Shown one piece after another: positions 59,081 through 64,000 of a stretch of 64,000 bases of DNA. The position numbers and the translations under genes are program-made. The notes beneath the pieces are model-generated. The model was given only the letters and a program-made list of their open reading frames with translations, did no database searches and was not told where the DNA came from. Numbering within the stretch: the stretch's first letter is position 1; the number at the start of each line of letters is the position of its first letter. The stretch is from Eubacteriales bacterium (GTDB lineage: Bacteria > Bacillota > Clostridia > Oscillospirales > QAKW01). The stretch spans positions 131,253-195,252 of the forward strand of contig JAZQDW010000008.1 of NCBI GenBank assembly GCA_045546995.1. Direction: 5' to 3'.

Positions 59081-60211
59081 TTAAATCCTTTTTCCTAAAA
59101 CGTCAACGCTTTCGGCCCTGAATTGTTCAAAAGTACCGTCATCCAGATGCTGTCTGATCTCTTCCATCAGGTGGTTGTAAAAATAAAGATTATGGAGTAC
59201 ACACAGGCGCATACCCAGCATTTCTCCTGCTTTGAACAAATGACGAATGTATGAACGGCTGTAGTTTTTACACGCCGGGCAGTTGCATCCCTCTTCGATG
59301 GGGCGGTCATCTGTTTCGTATTTTTTGTTGAGTAGATTCATGATTCCCTGATGGGTAAACAAATGGGAATGCCGCGCATTTCTGCTGGGCATAACGCAGT
59401 CGAAAAAGTCTACGCCGCGCGCAACACCTTCAATAATATTGACCGGTGTGCCGACACCCATCAAATATCTGGGTTTATCTTTTGGCATATACGGCTCGAC
59501 AGCGTCGATAATCCGATACATTTCTTCGCTGCTTTCCCCTACTGCAAGACCGCCTATGGCATAACCGTCCAGATCAAGTTTGGCGATTTCGATCATATTT
59601 TCAATACGGATATCTTCATACGTGCCGCCTTGATTAATGCCAAACAGCATTTGTTGCGGGTTGACGGTATCGGGCAGCGCGTTCAAACATGCCATTTCGG
59701 CTTTACAGCGATTTAACCAGCGTATCGTTCTTTCTGACGATTCTTTGACATATTTATATGGAGACGGGTTTTCAACGCATTCGTCAAATGCCATGGCGAT
59801 TGTCGAGCCGAGATTTGACTGAATCTGCATACTTTCTTCCGGTCCCATAAATATCTTGCGTCCGTCAATGTGAGAGGAGAAATACACGCCTTCTTCCTTA
59901 ATGTTGCGCAGTTTTGCAAGAGAAAATACCTGAAAACCGCCGCTGTCGGTCAATATGGGACGATCCCAATTCATAAATTTATGCAGACCGCCCATTTGTT
60001 TTACGATTTCATCGCCGGGACGAAGATGTAGATGATAAGTATTTGAGAGTTCGACCTGACAGCCGATTTCTTTGAGATCCGACGTAGAAACTGCGCCTTT
60101 GATGGCGGCAAGTGTTCCGACGTTCATAAACACCGGCGTTTGTATTTTACCGTGTGGCGTTGTAAAAATACCGCGTCGCGCTTTATTTTCTTGTTTTAGC
60201 AGTTTGAACAT
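59081..60211 (-). CDS. tgt: Queuine tRNA-ribosyltransferase
   Basis: 376 aa. Has FMNVGT, LTDSGGFQV, and the Zn site CNCPACKNYSRSYIRHL. Confidence 0.96.
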   Translation of the reverse strand: MFKLLKQENKARRGIFTTPHGKIQTPVFMNVGTLAAIKGAVSTSDLKEIGCQVELSNTYHLHLRPGDEIVKQMGGLHKFMNWDRPILTDSGGFQVFSLAKLRNIKEEGVYFSSHIDGRKIFMGPEESMQIQSNLGSTIAMAFDECVENPSPYKYVKESSERTIRWLNRCKAEMACLNALPDTVNPQQMLFGINQGGTYEDIRIENMIEIAKLDLDGYAIGGLAVGESSEEMYRIIDAVEPYMPKDKPRYLMGVGTPVNIIEGVARGVDFFDCVMPSRNARHSHLFTHQGIMNLLNKKYETDDRPIEEGCNCPACKNYSRSYIRHLFKAGEMLGMRLCVLHNLYFYNHLMEEIRQHLDDGTFEQFRAESVDVLGKRI

Positions 60212-60219
60212 ATTTTACC

Positions 60220-61245
60220 TCAAATAATAAGCATTGCATCGCCGAAACTGAAAAAGCGGTATTTTTCGGTTACGGCGGTATGATATGCGTTTAAAACTTT
60301 TTCCTGCCCCGCCAATGCCGAGACCAACATGATCAATGTGCTTTCCGGCAGGTGAAAATTGGTGATCAGACCATCGATCATTTTAAAACGATATCCGGGA
60401 TAAATAAATATATCGGTTTCACCGTAGGGTTTGATGCAATTGCCGTTGCTATCAAAAGCGCTTTCCAGCGTACGCGTGCTGGTGGTGCCGACGGAGATGA
60501 TCCTGCCACCCTGCTGTTTGGTTTTTTGAATTAAAGCAATCGTTTCTTCGGGAACATGGTAACTTTCGGTATGCATCTTGTGGTTTTCAACCGACTCTAC
60601 CTTGACCGGACGAAACGTGCCAAGTCCAACGTGCAGTGTGACGTAACCGATGTTTATACCCATGCTTTTGATTTTGGTCAGCAATTCTTCGGTAAAGTGC
60701 AATCCCGCCGTAGGCGCGGCGGCTGAACCGATCTCTTTGGCATAAACAGTTTGATATCGTCCTTGATCTTCTAACTTTTCTTTGATGTAAGGCGGTAACG
60801 GCATTGTGCCGACCTCATCCAGGATTTCATAAATATTTCTGTTCTTGGGATAGGAAAATCGAATGATGCGGTTTCCGTCCTCTAAAATGTCGGTTACCTC
60901 ACAGCTCAAAAAGTCACAAATCTTCAACTTTGCGCCGATGCGTGCTTTTTTGCCGGGCTTGACCAAACATTCCCATGCGTCGTTGCCGATGTTTTTTAGC
61001 AACAACAGTTCCACCAGACTCCCCGTTTCCTTCAGTCCGAAGATTCGTGCGGGCAAAACCTTTGAATTGTTCATAATCAGACAATCTCCGGGACGGAGAA
61101 ATTCGGTGATATCGTAAAAATGACGATGCTCAATTTCGTCAGTATGCAGCGGCAATACCATCAGCCGAGAATGGTCGCGATCGGTCAGTGGTGTTTGAGC
61201 GATCAGCTCTTCCGGCAACTCGTAGAAAAAATCTGTTGTGTTCAT
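60220..61245 (-). CDS. queA: S-adenosylmethionine:tRNA ribosyltransferase-isomerase
   Basis: The N-terminus [15 protein letters not shown], plus [16 protein letters not shown] and the [10 protein letters not shown] motif. Confidence 0.96.
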   Translation of the reverse strand: MNTTDFFYELPEELIAQTPLTDRDHSRLMVLPLHTDEIEHRHFYDITEFLRPGDCLIMNNSKVLPARIFGLKETGSLVELLLLKNIGNDAWECLVKPGKKARIGAKLKICDFLSCEVTDILEDGNRIIRFSYPKNRNIYEILDEVGTMPLPPYIKEKLEDQGRYQTVYAKEIGSAAAPTAGLHFTEELLTKIKSMGINIGYVTLHVGLGTFRPVKVESVENHKMHTESYHVPEETIALIQKTKQQGGRIISVGTTSTRTLESAFDSNGNCIKPYGETDIFIYPGYRFKMIDGLITNFHLPESTLIMLVSALAGQEKVLNAYHTAVTEKYRFFSFGDAMLII

Positions 61246-61259
61246 AGTCTTCCTTTTTA

Positions 61260-61288
61260 TTGACAGTTTGATTTAAAAGTGTTATTAT
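61260..61288 (+). promoter_or_regulatory. sigma-A promoter for asd-dapA-dapB
   Basis: TTGACA, 17-nt spacer, extended -10 TGtTATTAT. The 70-nt leader shows no riboswitch-like structure. Confidence 0.55.
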
Positions 61289-61357
61289 ATCTATGATTAT
61301 ATTATAAAAGCATGGAAAATGCAAGAAAGTTTCAACATTTTACAAGGAGGACTCGTT

Positions 61358-62443
61358 ATGAAACAATATAAAGTGGGTATTATAGGTGCGACCGGTATGG
61401 TTGGTCAGCGTTTTATTACTTTGCTTGCCGAGCATCCGTGGTTCAATATCACTACGCTTGCGGCTTCCGGTCGATCTGCCGGTAAGTCCTATAAAGAAGC
61501 GGTTGGCGATCGTTGGGCCATGACCGGAGAGCTTCCTACTAAGGTTGCCGATATGCCGGTATTTGATGCCGAAAAAGATATGGAAAAAATTGCAGCTTCC
61601 GTTGATTTTGTTTTTTGCGCCGTTAATATGAAAAAGGACGAGATCAAAGCGCTCGAAGAGGCTTACGCAAAATTGGAGTGCCCCGTTATTTCCAATAATA
61701 GCGCTCATCGCTTCACTTCCGACGTTCCGATGATCATTCCCGAAATCAACGACGATCATGCTGAGATCATTGCCGCACAAAGAAAGCGTCTTGGTACAAA
61801 ACGCGGATTTATCGCCGTTAAATCCAATTGCTCTCTGCAGAGCTACGTTCCCGCCATTCATCCCCTGCTGGAGAAATTTGAGGTAGATAAGGTATTGGCT
61901 TGCACCTATCAGGCTATCTCCGGTGCCGGGAAAACCTTTGAAAGATGGCCCGAAATGGTCGATAACGTGATTCCGTTTATCGGCGGCGAGGAAGAAAAGT
62001 CCGAGCAAGAGCCAATGAAGATCTGGGGTAACATTGAGGGTGGCGCAATCGTTCCCACCACTACCCCGGCCATTACGGCACAGTGCCTGCGCGTTCCCGT
62101 TTCCGACGGTCACATGGCTGCGGTTTTTGTGTCCTTCAAGGGTCAAAAGCCCACTAAGGAGGAAATTCTTAAAATCTGGAGCGAGTACAAGGGCGCTCCT
62201 CAGGAACTCAAGCTCCCCATGGCACCCAAGCAATTTTTGAATTACTTTACGGATGACAACCGTCCTCAGACCAAGCTGGATAGAAATCTTGAAAACGGTA
62301 TGGCCGTGTCTATCGGTCGATTGAGAGAGGATTCACAGTACGACTATAAATTCGTCTGCCTGTCTCATAATACTTTGCGTGGCGCAGCCGGCGGTGCAGT
62401 GTTGCTTGCTGAACTGTTGTGCGCCAAGGGCTATATTGATTAA
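61358..62443 (+). CDS. asd: Aspartate-semialdehyde dehydrogenase
   Basis: GIIGATGMVGQRF NAD(P)-binding motif, active-site SNCS, HNTLRGAAG. I use the ATG at 61358, after AGGAGGA, rather than the ORF-track start at 61319. Confidence 0.95.
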   Translation: MKQYKVGIIGATGMVGQRFITLLAEHPWFNITTLAASGRSAGKSYKEAVGDRWAMTGELPTKVADMPVFDAEKDMEKIAASVDFVFCAVNMKKDEIKALEEAYAKLECPVISNNSAHRFTSDVPMIIPEINDDHAEIIAAQRKRLGTKRGFIAVKSNCSLQSYVPAIHPLLEKFEVDKVLACTYQAISGAGKTFERWPEMVDNVIPFIGGEEEKSEQEPMKIWGNIEGGAIVPTTTPAITAQCLRVPVSDGHMAAVFVSFKGQKPTKEEILKIWSEYKGAPQELKLPMAPKQFLNYFTDDNRPQTKLDRNLENGMAVSIGRLREDSQYDYKFVCLSHNTLRGAAGGAVLLAELLCAKGYID

Positions 62444-62460
62444 TTTTGAAAGGTGATCAT

Positions 62461-63345
62461 ATGAGTAACACGATTTTTACCGGTGCCGGCGTTGCGCTGG
62501 TTACCCCTTTCCACGATGACGGCAGTGTGAATTATGAAAAATTGGCGGAGCTGATCGAGTTTCAGATTGCCAATCACACCGATGCCATCATCATTGCCGG
62601 TACTACCGGTGAGGCCCCCACTTTGAATGATAAAGAACACAAAATGGTCATTTCATTTTCCGCTGAAGTTATTAAAAAAAGAGTTCCGCTGATCGCGGGC
62701 GCCGGCTCTAATAATACCTTGTACGGCACGCAAAATGCAATTTATGCTGAGCGGGCAGGCGCCGATGCGCTTTTGTTGGTTACTCCTTATTACAACAAGA
62801 CAACGCAAAAGGGATTGGTCGAGCATTTTACTTATTATGCCGATCACGTTAATATTCCCATTATTTTGTATAACGTCCCCTCCCGTACCGGCGTGAATAT
62901 CGAGCCGGATACGTGTGTGACTTTGGCCAAACATAAGAATATCGTTGCAATTAAAGAAGCATCCGGCAACATCTCCCAGATTGCTGAGATCGCCGCAAAG
63001 TGTCCGGAGCTTGACATCTATTCCGGCAACGATGATCAAATTGTTCCGGTGATGTCTTTAGGCGGCAAGGGTGTTATCTCTGTTTTGTCCAACGTAGCAC
63101 CGAAGGAAGCACACGACATTTGCCGGTTGTATCTGGATGGCAACGTTAAGGCGTCTCTGGAATTGCAGCTGCGGTTGTGTGAACTGAACAAAGCCTTGTT
63201 CTGCGAGGTCAATCCTATTCCGGTAAAAGAAGCGTTGAATTTGATGGGATTTGGCGTTGGTCCTACCCGTATGCCTCTGTGTAAGATGGATCCCAAAAAC
63301 GTTGAGCGGCTGACTGCTGCGCTGAAAAATGCAAATCTGTTATAA
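62461..63345 (+). CDS. dapA: 4-hydroxy-tetrahydrodipicolinate synthase
   Basis: GVALVTPF, GTTGEAPTL, YNVPSRTG and the catalytic Lys in VAIKEASG. I use the ATG at 62461. Confidence 0.95.
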   Translation: MSNTIFTGAGVALVTPFHDDGSVNYEKLAELIEFQIANHTDAIIIAGTTGEAPTLNDKEHKMVISFSAEVIKKRVPLIAGAGSNNTLYGTQNAIYAERAGADALLLVTPYYNKTTQKGLVEHFTYYADHVNIPIILYNVPSRTGVNIEPDTCVTLAKHKNIVAIKEASGNISQIAEIAAKCPELDIYSGNDDQIVPVMSLGGKGVISVLSNVAPKEAHDICRLYLDGNVKASLELQLRLCELNKALFCEVNPIPVKEALNLMGFGVGPTRMPLCKMDPKNVERLTAALKNANLL

Positions 63346-63359
63346 GAGGAAATAGTTGA

Positions 63360-64000
63360 ATGATCAAGGTTGTTTTAAGTGGCTGTAACGGCGCAATGGG
63401 CAGAACCATTACCGATACGGTCGGAAATTTTAAAGATATGCAGATCGTTTGCGGTTTTGACCGGGAAAGCAGAGAAGCCCCCTACCCCATTGTAACTGAT
63501 TTTACACAAATTGTGGAAAAGCCGGACGTGATCGTCGATTTTTCTCATCCGTCAGTTTTAAATGGTGAGTTGGAATATTGCTTGAAAAACAATGTTCCCG
63601 TCGTTCTTGCCTCTACCGGTTATTCCTCTGAACAAATCGAGCAAATTAAGGCGGCGGCCGAGAAGATCCCTGTGTTTTATACCGCCAATATGTCTCTTGG
63701 CGTAAATCTGATGAATGCATTGTGTCAGCAAGCCGCCAGAGTCCTTGGCGAGCAGTTTGATATTGAGATCATTGAAAAGCATCATAATCAGAAGGTGGAT
63801 GCACCCAGTGGTACTGCATTGCTGTTGGCTGATGGCATTAATGCCGCAATGAACGATCAGTATACCTATGAATTTGATCGCCATTCTAAGCGGAAAAAGA
63901 GAGATCCGAAGGAAATCGGCATTTCTGCCGTCCGTGGTGGTACTATTGTAGGTGAGCATACGGTACTCTTTGCCGGAAACAACGAGTGTATCGAAATCAA
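63360..64000 (+). CDS. dapB: 4-hydroxy-tetrahydrodipicolinate reductase (5' part; runs off the right edge)
   Basis: The ATG at 63360 opens a frame reading MIKVVLSGCNGAMGR...EKHHNQKVDAPSGTA (DapB signature). There is no stop before the window end, so it is absent from the ORF track. Confidence 0.9.
   Translation, partial: MIKVVLSGCNGAMGRTITDTVGNFKDMQIVCGFDRESREAPYPIVTDFTQIVEKPDVIVDFSHPSVLNGELEYCLKNNVPVVLASTGYSSEQIEQIKAAAEKIPVFYTANMSLGVNLMNALCQQAARVLGEQFDIEIIEKHHNQKVDAPSGTALLLADGINAAMNDQYTYEFDRHSKRKKRDPKEIGISAVRGGTIVGEHTVLFAGNNECIEI

Overview
This window is a densely packed core-chromosome segment from a spore-forming Firmicute, most likely class Clostridia. The evidence for that is spoIIM, cwlD, whiA, an ispH-rpsA fusion, both PolC and DnaE, and Bacillus-like synteny. 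I call 57 protein-coding genes (two cut by the window edges), 2 tRNAs (Val-CAC and Thr-CGU), one TPP riboswitch, and several intrinsic terminators and sigma-A-like promoters.

Gene order, left to right:
- miaB' - ymcA-like - mutS - mutL - miaA
- a division cluster tail (yggS - sepF - yggT - ylmH - divIVA) - lspA - rluD
- TPP riboswitch - thiT
- pyrH - frr - uppS - cdsA - dxr - rseP - ispG - polC
- murB - rapZ - whiA - dnaE - pfkA
- tRNA-Val, then a cell-envelope glycan module (O-antigen-ligase-like, GT4, two DUF4330-like genes)
- ireB and tRNA-Thr on the minus strand
- yhiN-like - cmk - plsC - ispH/rpsA
- recJ - relA - MBL hydrolase - hemZ-like - ligA - gatB
- membrane protein - cwlD - radA - LtaS-like
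- Xer-family recombinase
- a convergent minus-strand block (queA - tgt - yajC - membrane protein - spoIIM - xerD-like - yesL)
- asd - dapA - dapB'

I see no rRNA, CRISPR array, IS element, prophage, toxin-antitoxin or recognisable defence genes. I do not see a clear novel multi-gene system.

The one locus that deserves a second look is the Xer region at 54.5-58.2 kb:
- A perfect 30-bp palindrome with a dif-like core sits 60 bp upstream of an atypically long Xer recombinase that keeps the full catalytic hexad.
- The neighbouring canonical-length xerD homolog has Ile in place of the box II catalytic His.
- The promoter region of that xerD-like operon carries three direct copies of ATTATGTAAAC, a 10/11 match to the XerD-binding arm of the B. 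subtilis dif site (quoted from memory).
- The only large gene-strand polarity switch in the window lies between these elements.

Everything else reported is a minor deviation in synteny or domain architecture. All calls come from reading the sequence and the ORF translations; no database search was run.
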